A DNA stretch of 64,000 bases from Dehalococcoidia bacterium (lineage in GTDB: Bacteria > Chloroflexota > Dehalococcoidia > Lucifugimonadales > CBDEGW01). The notes beneath the pieces were generated by a model. The model was not told the origin of the DNA. It saw only the letters and a program-made list of their open reading frames with translations, and made no database searches. Below are positions 31,625 through 41,022 of this stretch, one piece after another. Position numbers and translations under genes: made by a program. The DNA is taken from positions 861,340 through 925,339 of the forward strand of contig CBDEGW010000004.1 of NCBI GenBank assembly GCA_965237935.1, given 5' to 3'. Every line of letters begins with the position of its first letter. The stretch's first letter is position 1.

Positions 31625-31766
31625 GGCCTTGCCCAAAAAGTCCAACAGCAGACGTTTTCTTTCCCACCCACCCACCCGATATGTCTGCTTCCTGAGGGGG
31701 CACCCCTCAGACTCCCTGGCAAAGAACCCAGGTTCTCTGCACTCTCCTGAGTTTTTGTGCAAAAGT
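31625..31766 (+). mobile_element. MITE-like repeat, subfamily A, copy A3
   Basis: Starts 9 bp after the amt stop codon. GGCCTTGCCCAAAAAGTCCAACAGCAGACG...GAGTTTTTGTGCAAAAGT. Confidence 0.8.
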
Positions 31767-31817
31767 TGGGTGAGGTACTGTTGCAACCCTCCTCCAATGG
31801 GGTAAGATAGGCCAAAC

Positions 31818-33305
31818 ATGCCTGCTGATTCGCCACCTTCCCTCTCAAAGACCCGCTTTATCGGTGGCCTCCAGTGCCTCAAACGCCTGTACCTGGAGAC
31901 CAAGCACCGGAAACTAGCTGACCCAATCGACGCTAGCCTGCAGGCACGCTTTGACACGGGCACCGCCCTAGGCGAGCTGGCCCGGGACATGTTCCCCGGT
32001 GGACGCCTCGTGAGTGAAGACTACCTGGCTCTCGACAGTGCGGTACAGAAGACCCAGACTCTGGTCTCTGACGACGCCGTTCCTTCGATTTATGAGGCAG
32101 CTTTCACCTTCGACGGTATCAGGACGCGGTTCGATATCCTGCAGCGCCTAGATTCAGCCGATTTCGCCCTCGTTGAAGTGAAGTCCGGCACCAGCGTAAA
32201 ACCAGAGCACATCCCAGATGCGGCGATACAGACCTACGTTGCCGAAGGCGTAGGCCTGAACATCCGGAAGGTCTACCTGGCCCACATAGATAACAGTTAT
32301 GTCTACGAAGGGGGACCGTACATCCTCGATAGGCTCTTCCAGATGGAGGAGGTAACCGACCAGGTACGGTCGTACATGGCGGCCTCCCTACCCTCCGATC
32401 TCGCCAGAATGAGAGAGATCCTGGAGCGGAGCGAGCAGCCTGAAGTAAGCATAGGCAGACATTGCACGAAGCCCTATACCTGTCCCTTCTACCTGCACTG
32501 CAGGAAAGATACGCCAGAGCATCACATCGAGCAGCTCCCAGGAGCGAGGTCTAATCTGCTGGAGCTCCTGCTATCATCAGGCATCGATGACATCCATGGT
32601 ATCCCTGAGGGGTATTCAGAACTGAGCCCCGACCAAATGCGGGTGCGTGACAGCGTGGTGAGCGGGGAGCCTTATGTGGGAGAAGGGCTGCGGGCATCAT
32701 TGTCGGAAGTACAAGACCCGTTGCTCTTCCTGGACTTTGAAACGTTCAACCCTGCCCTGCCTGCGTACCCTGGAACCCGTCCCTACCAGTTGATTCCTTT
32801 TCAATGGTCCCTCCACCTATTGCACCCGACTGGACAGCTGGAACACCGCGACTTCCTGCACGCTGGACCTGATGACCCGCGACCCGCCTTCATCGATAGC
32901 CTGCTCGAAGCAACCGGTACGACAGGCACCATCATCGTCTACTCGAGCTTTGAGGAGGCCAGGCTCAAGAAGCTTGCCGATGAGTTCCCAGAATACGCCC
33001 AGAGCCTACTGGCCCTTTGCGAGAGAATATTTGACCTCTACAAGGCAGTCAGAGCCCACTACTACCATCCAGAGTTCCACGGGAGCTATTCTCTGAAGGC
33101 GGTCCTCCCAGCGGTTGTCCCCGGTATGACGTATGCTGGTCTGGGCATACAGGAGGGGCAGGCTGCGTCACTGGCCTTCGCCCGAAAGATAGCGCCCGAT
33201 ACAGATGAGACTGAGAAAGCAAGGCTGCACTCCGACCTTCTGGAGTACTGCAGGAGGGATACGGAGGCGCTCGTAGAGGTATTCCAAGCGCTCCGTTTCC
33301 TATGA
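31818..33305 (+). CDS. DUF2779-type protein: Cas4/RecB-like PD-(D/E)xK nuclease (4-Cys) fused to a DEDD-like exonuclease-like domain
   Basis: N-terminal Cys (GGLQCLKRLYL) plus a C-x6-C-x5-C cluster (HCTKPYTCPFYLHC). D...EVK nuclease motif (FDILQRL...ALVEVKSG). The C-terminal half carries LFLDFETFNP, YSSFEEARL and YCRRDTEALVEV. Confidence 0.7.
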   Translation: MPADSPPSLSKTRFIGGLQCLKRLYLETKHRKLADPIDASLQARFDTGTALGELARDMFPGGRLVSEDYLALDSAVQKTQTLVSDDAVPSIYEAAFTFDGIRTRFDILQRLDSADFALVEVKSGTSVKPEHIPDAAIQTYVAEGVGLNIRKVYLAHIDNSYVYEGGPYILDRLFQMEEVTDQVRSYMAASLPSDLARMREILERSEQPEVSIGRHCTKPYTCPFYLHCRKDTPEHHIEQLPGARSNLLELLLSSGIDDIHGIPEGYSELSPDQMRVRDSVVSGEPYVGEGLRASLSEVQDPLLFLDFETFNPALPAYPGTRPYQLIPFQWSLHLLHPTGQLEHRDFLHAGPDDPRPAFIDSLLEATGTTGTIIVYSSFEEARLKKLADEFPEYAQSLLALCERIFDLYKAVRAHYYHPEFHGSYSLKAVLPAVVPGMTYAGLGIQEGQAASLAFARKIAPDTDETEKARLHSDLLEYCRRDTEALVEVFQALRFL

Positions 33306-33381
33306 CCTTAAAGCTAATCACAACGAAAATTTCGCCGCTGGTGGAACAGTCTGCCGTGGGGACTCCTGAGAGGTCTGAACC

Positions 33382-34320
33382 ATGAACGAGAAGCAGTTAG
33401 CGGTCCTGATAGATGTTGAGAACGTAGGGCTTACCTCGATTCAGGCCCTATTTGACCAAATATCCGATACTGGTCGTGTGATTGTAAAGCGCGCGTATGC
33501 GGACTGGTCAAGGGCGGGGAATCAGCGAGACCAGCTTCTCGAACTGGGAATTGAGCCCATCCACGTGTTTCACATGGCGAAATCGGGGAAGAATGCCAGT
33601 GACCTACGGATGGCCATAGATGCCGTGGACCTTCTTTATCAGTCGCCGGTGGATACCTTCGTGATCGTCTCCACCGATAGCGACTTTGCGCCGCTTGTTG
33701 GGAGACTTCGAGCCGCAGGGAAAGCGGTAATAGGAGCTGGACCTCGGGCAACGGCGCCCCACACCCTGGTGATAGCTTGCGACAGGTTTATCTACTTGTC
33801 TCACGACGAAAAGCCGGAACAAATGACGCGTCCTCAAGAACAACAGTCGGTGGAAAGCCTGCTTGTTCGCGCGCTGAAAGCATCGATGGACGAACAAGGC
33901 AGAGTCTCGGGGAGCAGGCTTCATCAGACGATGCATAGACTGGACCCCGGTTTTGACTACCGAGCTTATGGACACTCCACATTCACGAGGTTTCTTGAAG
34001 CTTCCGCTGAGGTCAAGATACTACGTCGCAGAGGACCTGGGGACTTGGCCGTCGAGCTAACGGACCCCGGCAGCATCCCGGCGGGAGAAGCCTCTGATCC
34101 AAATGCGTGGGACCAACGAATAGACTCTGCTTGGAGAAACCGGGTCCCTAGGGAGGGTGGCTATATTTCCGGGCCAATTGCCGCGGCGCTGGCGGCAAGT
34201 GAGCTTGGAGCGCCAAAGCTGAGCGCGTCCCGATACAAGACTCTGCAAAGCCTCTTTAACGCAAGCGCCCTAATCCGGTCGGGGTGGCGGCGCGACGGCA
34301 GCAAAATATTCCGGCTATAG
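33382..34320 (+). CDS. NYN-domain (limkain-b1-type) ribonuclease-like protein with C-terminal OST-HTH/LOTUS-like region
   Basis: LAVLIDVENV, KRAYADWSR, GKNASDLRMAIDAVDL and VIVSTDSDFAPLVGRLRAAGK are the NYN acidic motifs. A helical region follows (...GRVSGSRLHQTMHRLDPGFDYRAYGHSTFTRFLE). Confidence 0.75.
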   Translation: MNEKQLAVLIDVENVGLTSIQALFDQISDTGRVIVKRAYADWSRAGNQRDQLLELGIEPIHVFHMAKSGKNASDLRMAIDAVDLLYQSPVDTFVIVSTDSDFAPLVGRLRAAGKAVIGAGPRATAPHTLVIACDRFIYLSHDEKPEQMTRPQEQQSVESLLVRALKASMDEQGRVSGSRLHQTMHRLDPGFDYRAYGHSTFTRFLEASAEVKILRRRGPGDLAVELTDPGSIPAGEASDPNAWDQRIDSAWRNRVPREGGYISGPIAAALAASELGAPKLSASRYKTLQSLFNASALIRSGWRRDGSKIFRL

Positions 34321-34529
34321 CACTTCTTTCCTAGGGAAGGGCGCCATCAAAAGGGGTCTACCGAGAGCCTTCGTGGCGACGTTGACCGGTATAGGAATAT
34401 GGACTACCATTACAATCACTCCACTACCCTACAGAGAGCGCGTCCGGTTAAGTGCGGAGAGGCCTTGTGCTGACTTCCCTTAGGGCGAAGCCTGAGGAAT
34501 AAGGGAGGATTCAGCGAGAAAGGAGCCGC

Positions 34530-34835
34530 ATGAAGATTTTTATAGGAAACCTGCCCTACCGGTCCACTGACACAGAGTTGAACGACGCGTTTAGCGCCCA
34601 CGGAGAAGTAGCATCCGCTCAGGTTGTTACCGACCGCTACACGGGCAGATCGCGAGGATTCGGCTTCGTTGAGATGCCTAACGACACTGAAGCCGAGGCC
34701 GCGATAGCCGCCCTCAACGGCAAGGACTTCGATGGCCGTGCCTTGGTGGTCAACCAGTCCCGTCCCCGCGAGTATGACAATAGTCGCGACCAGTCTGCCG
34801 GTGGACGCCCGGACAGTGGTGGAAGTCGCTGGTAG
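34530..34835 (+). CDS. RRM-type RNA-binding protein
   Basis: RNP2 KIFIGNL and RNP1 RGFGFVEM motifs, with a Gly/Arg-rich tail. 101 aa. Confidence 0.9.
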   Translation: MKIFIGNLPYRSTDTELNDAFSAHGEVASAQVVTDRYTGRSRGFGFVEMPNDTEAEAAIAALNGKDFDGRALVVNQSRPREYDNSRDQSAGGRPDSGGSRW

Positions 34836-34879
34836 AACCACGGTAAGCCGCCTCTATATCTTCCTCTTCGCTCTTTCCA

Positions 34880-35188
34880 TCAGGACTTCTCGGCACCCGA
34901 CTCCAGCAGGTCCTTCAGAGTCTCCAAGTCATTTGTGATGTTTCGCTTGACCTTCCGTGACATCAGCGGGCCCGCGAGCTTGTAAAATCCACTAGTCTCA
35001 CCCTGAACCCGGATTCGCGCCTGAGTGCCATCAGCCACCTCTTCGAACTCGTATGTAACCTCCATGGGAAAGGGACCCTTCACCGAGCGCATGGCAAGTA
35101 ATGCCTTCGGGTCATACTCGACTACTTCGAGCACGTACTCGATGCGCCTGCCCAGGAAGGATGCTATCCACCCAGAGGTTTTATCCAA
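34880..35188 (-). pseudogene. SRPBCC (polyketide cyclase/START-like) family protein, N-terminally truncated at MITE copy B3
   Basis: Only the C-terminal ~100 aa of a usually ~150-aa fold is present (...EYVLEVVEYDP...GPFPMEVTYEFEEVADGT...). The ORF start runs into the truncated end of repeat B3. Confidence 0.5.
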
Positions 35189-35286
35189 AGGGAGACACCC
35201 CCCTTCGGCAAGCTCAGGACAGGCTCTTGAACCCCCGACAGGAAACCCAGGTTCCCTGTACCCTCCTAGGGTTTTTGTGCAAAGCT
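35168..35286 (+). mobile_element. MITE-like repeat, subfamily B, copy B3 (5'-truncated)
   Basis: It begins inside the element (CCACCCAGAGGTTTTATCC...) and ends with the canonical CTAGGGTTTTTGTGCAAAGCT. It lacks the left TTGCACAAA terminus. Confidence 0.75.
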
Positions 35287-35429
35287 ACATGCAGGCTTCG
35301 GCTAGCGTAACAGAAGAGAAGAGCTATCGGGAAGAACCAGAAGATACCCACACCACCCACGGTAGGCGTATACTAGGCGACGGCATTTCAGTCCTCTTTA
35401 GGGGTAACGCCCTAACTGGAGGTATCAAT

Positions 35430-36572
35430 ATGGTCAATGATTTCCTCTCGGACTTTAACTTCTATATGCCCACCCGAGTCATATTCGGTCCTGGGTCGCT
35501 GAGCCGGCTGGCGGAACTGGTGGAGGGGGTGGGTGGCTCAAGGGCTCACGTGTTCCTGGTAACTGGGCGCCAGAGCTTAAAGGCTCAGGGCACCCTGGAA
35601 CGTGTCCTGAAGGACTTGTCCCGGTTCAAGGTCACTCATTATGATGGCGCCCTCCCTTTTCCCTCCCCGGAACTGATGGATCAGACGGCGGAAACCTGCC
35701 GTAAAGCGGGAGCCGACGTGGTAGTGTCCATAGGGGGAGGCAGCGCTCTGGACCTGGGTAAGGTGGTGGCCATGCTGATGGCCAACCAGGGACCATCTCT
35801 GGACTATGGCATGGGCCGCCGCCAGATAGAGAAACGAGGGTTGCCCTTCATCGCGGTGCCTACTACCTCCGGCAGCAGCAGCGAGGTAACAGGGGGCGCA
35901 GCACTATGGGATATGGAGGGAAAGGCTTCCTTCCGGGTGGGCGGCCCCCTTATGTATCCTACCATCGCCCTGGTAGACCCGGACCTGGCCATGTCCATGC
36001 CGATAGAGCTGGCCGCCGCCACGGGAATGGATGCCTTCAGCAGCGCCTTCGAGTCCTACTGGTCTCGAGAGGCTCAACCCATGACGGATTCCCTGGCCCT
36101 GCGAGTCATACGCATCTACGCCCAGAACCTGGAAGCCTCCTGTCGCAACGCAGACGAGGCGGCTCGCATCAACTGCGCCCTGGCCTCCACCATGTCCGGC
36201 GTGGGTTACACCAACAGCAGGCCAAACATCTGCCACGCCTTTTCGCAGCCCCTTACCCTATTCTGGGGCGTGGCCCACGGCCAGGCGGTCTGCGTAACCC
36301 TTCCGGACTTTCTAGCCTGGAATGCAGAGGCCATACCGGAGAAGCTGCCTGCGCTGTGGGAGGCCCTGGGGGTAACAGGGCTGGAGGAGGCCCAGCAGCG
36401 TCTGACGGAGATCATGACCAACTGCGGTCTGGTGACCAGCCTCAGCCCTATGGGCGTCACCCGAAATGACCTGGACCTGATCCTGGAGCGTTTGCCCTGG
36501 GAACGGCTGGCACAAATACCCAGGTCCATGGACAAGGTCGATGCTCGACCCATTCTGGAGGTGTTGCTGTAA
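35430..36572 (+). CDS. iron-containing (group III) alcohol dehydrogenase
   Basis: MVNDFLSDFNFYMPTRVIFGPGS..., GGGSALDLGK and PTTSGSSSEVT motifs. The track ORF from 35025 is an artefactual 5' extension across repeat B3. Confidence 0.85.
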   Translation: MVNDFLSDFNFYMPTRVIFGPGSLSRLAELVEGVGGSRAHVFLVTGRQSLKAQGTLERVLKDLSRFKVTHYDGALPFPSPELMDQTAETCRKAGADVVVSIGGGSALDLGKVVAMLMANQGPSLDYGMGRRQIEKRGLPFIAVPTTSGSSSEVTGGAALWDMEGKASFRVGGPLMYPTIALVDPDLAMSMPIELAAATGMDAFSSAFESYWSREAQPMTDSLALRVIRIYAQNLEASCRNADEAARINCALASTMSGVGYTNSRPNICHAFSQPLTLFWGVAHGQAVCVTLPDFLAWNAEAIPEKLPALWEALGVTGLEEAQQRLTEIMTNCGLVTSLSPMGVTRNDLDLILERLPWERLAQIPRSMDKVDARPILEVLL

Positions 36573-36649
36573 CCGGATTGGCAGGGCAGAGGTAGCCTGT
36601 CTGTTGGCAGCGGATCTTATTCAATAAAGTTCACGAAGGGGGGAAAGAT

Positions 36650-37201
36650 ATGCCCAGAATTCCGGAGATTACCCAGAGAGAACAGGTACCTGAAGGCCAG
36701 CGGCATCTTTACGATGACATCATCGGCAGCCGTGGGAGCATCGCTGGGCCATACCGCTACCTCCTGCACTGCCCCGAGCTGGCGGTACGCACCGCCCACT
36801 TGATTGGGTATTCACGCTTTGAGACAGACTTCCCAATAGACGTAAAGGAGCTGGCCATCTGCGCCGTGGCCCGGGAGATGGACTGCCTGTATGAGTGGGC
36901 GTCCCACGAAGGCTTCGCCCGCGAGGCCGGGATCCGTGAGGAGGCCATCGCCGCCATCAAGGACCGTAGTGCCCCACAGGGGCTTACGGATGAGGAGGCG
37001 CAGGTCGTGAGGTGCGTCCAGGAGCTCCTGAGACCCCCTCACCGATTAACTGAGCCTACTTTCCAGGCGCTGCGCAGCCGCCTGGGGGACTCTCGGCTTG
37101 TGGAGCTTACGGGCAACATCGGGGCCTACGCCGCATTGGCCTGCACGCTCAACGCCTACGATGTGCAGGCACCGGAAGGAAGGCCTGTACTGCCGACGTA
37201 G
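36650..37201 (+). CDS. carboxymuconolactone decarboxylase (CMD/AhpD-like) family protein
   Basis: ...ELAICAVAREMDCLYEWASHEGFA... is the CMD-family helix motif. 183 aa. Confidence 0.75.
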   Translation: MPRIPEITQREQVPEGQRHLYDDIIGSRGSIAGPYRYLLHCPELAVRTAHLIGYSRFETDFPIDVKELAICAVAREMDCLYEWASHEGFAREAGIREEAIAAIKDRSAPQGLTDEEAQVVRCVQELLRPPHRLTEPTFQALRSRLGDSRLVELTGNIGAYAALACTLNAYDVQAPEGRPVLPT

Positions 37202-37254
37202 CGAGCCCTGATATGTCCGGGTGAAATGCTCGCGGTGGAAGGGAAGGGCTAATG

Positions 37255-37495
37255 TTTTGTCCGTTATATAGCGACGCATTCTTTCCCACCCTCCCACCCA
37301 GAATGTTTCCTCTGGGGGGCACCCCCAGGGTCCCCGTCAAGGGGCAGAGCCCCTTGGAACCCCGGGGAGTGTGAGGGGCGGAGCCCCTTGGAACCCCGGG
37401 GAGTGTGAGGGGCGGAGCCCCTTGGAACCCCGGGGAGTGTGAGGGGCGGAGCCCCTCACAGACACTTCACGGGTGGGTGAGCGGGAAGTGTCAGA
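37255..37495. repeat. composite repeat related to MITE subfamily B, filling a convergent intergenic gap
   Basis: The left arm ATAGCGACGCATTCTTTCCCACCCTCCCACCC matches B1. It also contains the CTGGGGGGCACCCCCAG hairpin, an internal 34-bp tandem array, and an inverted CCCACCC-type arm (CGGGTGGGTGAGCGGGAAG) on the right. Confidence 0.65.
37343..37459. repeat. 34-bp tandem repeat x3 plus a partial unit ending in a hairpin
   Basis: Units GGC(A/G)GAGCCCCTTGGAACCCCGGGGAGTGTGAGG at 37343, 37377 and 37411. The partial fourth unit forms TGTGAGGGG-CGGAG-CCCCTCACA. Confidence 0.9.
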
Positions 37496-37512
37496 ATTCC
37501 CCGGACTGAGGG

Positions 37513-38583
37513 CTAGTTGCGGGAGGAGTTTAGAGCAGGGCCGATGGCCTCCTGGAAGGCGCGCCGCTCCGACTCCGGGAACCGAAAGGTCTCCATGCAG
37601 TACATGTAGATGTGGTCGACCCCCAGTTCCTGCAGGCCCTTCATGCGCTGAGCCACCTGGTCCGGGTCTCCCAAGACTGCCATGCTGTCCGCCATGGCCT
37701 CCTGAAGCTCGTAGGGTATAACTTCCGCCAGCCTCTCGCCGGCCTCCCAGTCCTGGATATGTGAGGCGTCTGGGTACATGGCCTGTAGCTTGGCGTCCGC
37801 CTCCTGAATCATAGGCTTGAGGGGCGTGATGTCGTGCTGGATGCCCCGCTGGCTCAGCCACTCCTCGGCTCCTGGACTCGCCAGGATGGGGAGCAGAATG
37901 GGGCTCCACGCTCGTATCGCCTGGCGGCGGGTGTCTCGAATCATGCAGCGCATCTCCAGGACCTGGTGCACTTCCGAAACGTCGCGGCCGGCACGGGCAG
38001 CACCTTCTGCCAGCCACTGGCGGCTCTGGTCGATGCCCTTGGCGTTGGGAGGGCAGGTCAACAGCACGCCGTCGCACAGCTCCCCAGCCAACCTGGTAAC
38101 CAGGGGCCCCCGGGCGGCCAGGTAAATGGGCACGGGCACTCCTCCACCGTGGTGCATCCGCACTCGGTGGGAGATCCCCTCTGTAGGCTGGTACACTTCC
38201 CACTCGCCGGCCATAAAGGCCCTGATCTTGAGGATGGCCTCCCGCATCTCGCTGATGCGAAGCTGTGGCATTCCTACCATTCGAGGAGCGGCGTTGCCTC
38301 GGCCCAGCCACAGCTCAAAGCGATCGGGGCCGAACTCCTGCACAGTCTTGGCCGAGGATGCGACGACGGAGGTGTGGCGTGGTCCCGGGCAGGTAAGGGC
38401 GGGGTGCACTCGAAGGTGCTCCGTGTTCTGGAGCACCTGGGCCATCACCACGTAGGTATCCCTGAAATAGGTCTGGGCGTCATTGAAGCCGCAGCCGGAG
38501 AAGCCGGCCTCCTCGCACTTCTGGGCGAATTTCACCACCTCAGCGATTGGCTGGCTTGGTGGGGTCCTGAGGTCTACCTGCAT
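37513..38583 (-). CDS. LLM-class (luciferase-like) flavin/F420-dependent oxidoreductase
   Basis: Luciferase-like TIM-barrel pattern. The likely start is ATG 38583 (MQVDLRTPP...) with GGAAGGAG upstream. The longer track ORF (to 38730) overlaps the neighbouring gene. Confidence 0.8.
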   Translation of the reverse strand: MQVDLRTPPSQPIAEVVKFAQKCEEAGFSGCGFNDAQTYFRDTYVVMAQVLQNTEHLRVHPALTCPGPRHTSVVASSAKTVQEFGPDRFELWLGRGNAAPRMVGMPQLRISEMREAILKIRAFMAGEWEVYQPTEGISHRVRMHHGGGVPVPIYLAARGPLVTRLAGELCDGVLLTCPPNAKGIDQSRQWLAEGAARAGRDVSEVHQVLEMRCMIRDTRRQAIRAWSPILLPILASPGAEEWLSQRGIQHDITPLKPMIQEADAKLQAMYPDASHIQDWEAGERLAEVIPYELQEAMADSMAVLGDPDQVAQRMKGLQELGVDHIYMYCMETFRFPESERRAFQEAIGPALNSSRN

Positions 38584-38633
38584 GGCGTTCTCCTTCCGGG
38601 GAAAATACGACAACTGTAAGGGCCATCCCTGAC

Positions 38634-39635
38634 TTACTCTGCCTGGAAAGCGGGCATGACCTCCCGGATGCAGCGGTCTAGTTGATCCTTGAAGTTTCGC
38701 GAGCAGAAGCGCAGCACCGGCATGGTGCATCCGGCGTCTATATAGGATTCTATCTTCCTGATGACGTTATCGGGAGGGCCGTAGGCCAGCCAGGTCTCGG
38801 CCCGCTCCCGGGAGATGTGGCCGGCACCGTAGTAGAGCCTGAGATACTCCTCCGCCTCCGCGAAAGCCTTTTCCGGGTCGTCGTTGATGTTCACCATCAA
38901 GTGCAGGCAGGACTCCAGTTTCGATGGGTCGCGGCCATCCTGGGCGGCATACTCGCGTATCGTGTCGAAGCGCCGGCGGAAGGTCTCGACGGGAGTGGAG
39001 TCTGTCTGCCAGCCATCGGCGTACTTTGCCACCCGCCGCAGGACGCGGTCGACTACCGCCTCCTCCACCTGGTCTCCCTTGGGGTTGACGGCGATGAATA
39101 TGGGCAGGGGATTCTGGGCAGGCTTTGGAAGCAGCTCAACGTCGGCGAACCTGTAGTACTTTCCCTGGTGGGTCACCCGCTCCTCGCTCCACAGGCGGCG
39201 AAGTATGTTGATTCCCTCCATCAGGCGGCCAGCCCTCTCGTTGGAGGCGACGCCCATGACCTCCAACTCGTGGGCAAACTGGGGGCTGTCCTTGGCTCCC
39301 GCACCGTTGCAGACGGCCAGGATGGTGCGGCCCTGAGAGAGCACATCCAGGCTGGCCCACTGGATGGCCAGCTGAATTGGATGGCGAAAAGGGAAGCTGG
39401 CCATGCAGATGGTGCCAAGCTTCACCTCTTTGGTCCGAGTGGCAATGGCGGAGAGGGTCACGATGGCGTCGAGCCTGGGCTTGGAGAGGAGGTTGTCCCC
39501 CACCCAGACCCCGTGAAAACAGCCCGAGTCCTCCGCCATCTGAGCGGCGTCCAGCAGGTCCTCGGTGGTCGTCCACTCAAAGAGCACCGACCGATTGGAG
39601 AGGCTGAGGCCAAACTTTGCCCTCATGTTTTGCAT
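38634..39635 (-). CDS. LLM-class flavin/F420-dependent oxidoreductase
   Basis: Paralogous luciferase-like monooxygenase-family sequence (...FHGVWVGDNLLSKPRLDAI...). 333 aa. Confidence 0.8.
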   Translation of the reverse strand: MQNMRAKFGLSLSNRSVLFEWTTTEDLLDAAQMAEDSGCFHGVWVGDNLLSKPRLDAIVTLSAIATRTKEVKLGTICMASFPFRHPIQLAIQWASLDVLSQGRTILAVCNGAGAKDSPQFAHELEVMGVASNERAGRLMEGINILRRLWSEERVTHQGKYYRFADVELLPKPAQNPLPIFIAVNPKGDQVEEAVVDRVLRRVAKYADGWQTDSTPVETFRRRFDTIREYAAQDGRDPSKLESCLHLMVNINDDPEKAFAEAEEYLRLYYGAGHISRERAETWLAYGPPDNVIRKIESYIDAGCTMPVLRFCSRNFKDQLDRCIREVMPAFQAE

Positions 39636-39650
39636 CCGGTTCCCCTCTAA

Positions 39651-40852
39651 TCAGCTCAGGAGAGATAGGATTGTATGGGTTATCACCCGCGCCTCGTCCT
39701 CGACGTGAGAGATGGGCACAAAGTCTTCCCCCAGGGGCCGCACTCCACCACCGACTCCGTACATCACCGTCGGCACGCCAGCAGCGCAGGGGCCACCGGC
39801 GTCGTAGGTCCCCTGCCCGTAGAAGGTCTCGGGGGCGGAGCCGCGCACCAGGCGGTGGGACTCTGTGAGGGCCTGGACTCCAGGGTGTTCTGGGTCCACC
39901 AGGGCAGGGAGCATGTGCAAGCCTCGCTCGACCGTCACCTGGTAGGGTGACAGGTCTCCGATGGTGTTACGTACGTCCTCTGTCGCCTGGTCCAGATCAT
40001 CCCCGGGCAGTAGGCGGCGGTCCACCTTTATACGCGCCACCTCCGGCAGAGTGTGGGGAGCCAGAGGCTCGAAGGCCACCTGGTAGGGAATGGCGTGACG
40101 TCCTCCCAGTAGCGGATGGGTGCCGTCTAAGGGCACGCTCTTGAGGCGATTCAGCACCTCATGGGCGCCCTCGATGGCGCTGAGCCCCTGGCTGGGGATG
40201 CTGGAGTGGACGGCCTTCCCGCGCACAGTCACGTTCACGTCCACTCGACCGCGGTTGCCCATGGAGATCCGCAAGCCGGTGCCATTCAGGATAATCCCGA
40301 AACCAGGCTTGCGGTCCAGGGCCGCCAGGATGGCTTCAGAGCAGGCGTGACTGCTTCGACCTTCGTTGTTCACGGCAAAGTAGAGGGCGCCTCTCAGAGG
40401 AACCTTCTCCTCTGCCAGGAGTTTCAAAATCGCCAGCATGACGGCGTGGTGCGCTTTGTTCTGGGTAACACCCTGTCCAAATACGCAGGGCTCGTCATAG
40501 CCCCACTGGGCGGCGTGCGCGATCTTGCCCGAGAAGGGCTCCTCCATCAGGTTGTGATGCTGGCTGGGAGTATAGACCATGACCAGCACGCCTGGCCGGA
40601 CGACCCTTCGCCCAGGCGCACCACCAACTGGTTGCGAGGCACGTCCATGATGTCGTAGGCGCCCAGGGACTGAATCTTGGGGCGAAGCACCCGCTGGACG
40701 TAGTGCACCAGCTTGGGATCGTCGGGCTCCATGAAGACGTCATGCCCCATAGGCACGTTTGTCGGCACCTTGGCCAGCTCCACCAGGGTGTCGATTAGGA
40801 AGCGCCTATCCAGGCTTTCGACAAGGGCCGTTGCCTCTTGAGTGGCCGCCAC
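39651..40852 (-). pseudogene. M20-family metallopeptidase / deacylase (ArgE/DapE-like) with a net -1 frameshift
   Basis: The N-terminal ORF (40547-40852) and C-terminal ORF (39651-40589) overlap in different frames. They join as ...LVVRLGEGSS(G)/PGVLVMVYT... around 40590-40606. Confidence 0.7.
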
Positions 40853-41022
40853 GTCAGAATCCTCCGCAACTGGTTTGCGTGAATTCTAGGCGTCCTCCCT
40901 CCAGCCGTCAAGGCGGCGTGGGCCAGGAGAGACGCTGGGCGTGGACATACCGCCACCAATGTACCATTGTACGGAGCCTAGAAGTTATCGAGGGAGCCCC
41001 TCCCTCTGACTCCCCTTGGGAG

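Noticed and set aside
35025-35429. The 5' extension of the alcohol dehydrogenase ORF (the track ORF starts at 35025).
   Set aside because: The extension reads through MITE copy B3 and the antisense of the SRPBCC gene. The conserved Fe-ADH N-terminus begins at ATG 35430.
37343-37459. Considered the 34-bp tandem array as a small CRISPR array.
   Set aside because: The units are directly adjacent with no spacers, there are no cas genes nearby, and the array is embedded in a MITE-related element.
37337-38619. Pro/Gly/Arg-rich ORFs overlapping the LLM oxidoreductase gene (37337-38311 minus, 37834-38619 plus) and similar ones over 38634-39650.
   Set aside because: These are alternative-frame or antisense artefacts of GC-rich coding sequence. 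The LLM-family frame has recognisable motifs and a good SD, while these do not.
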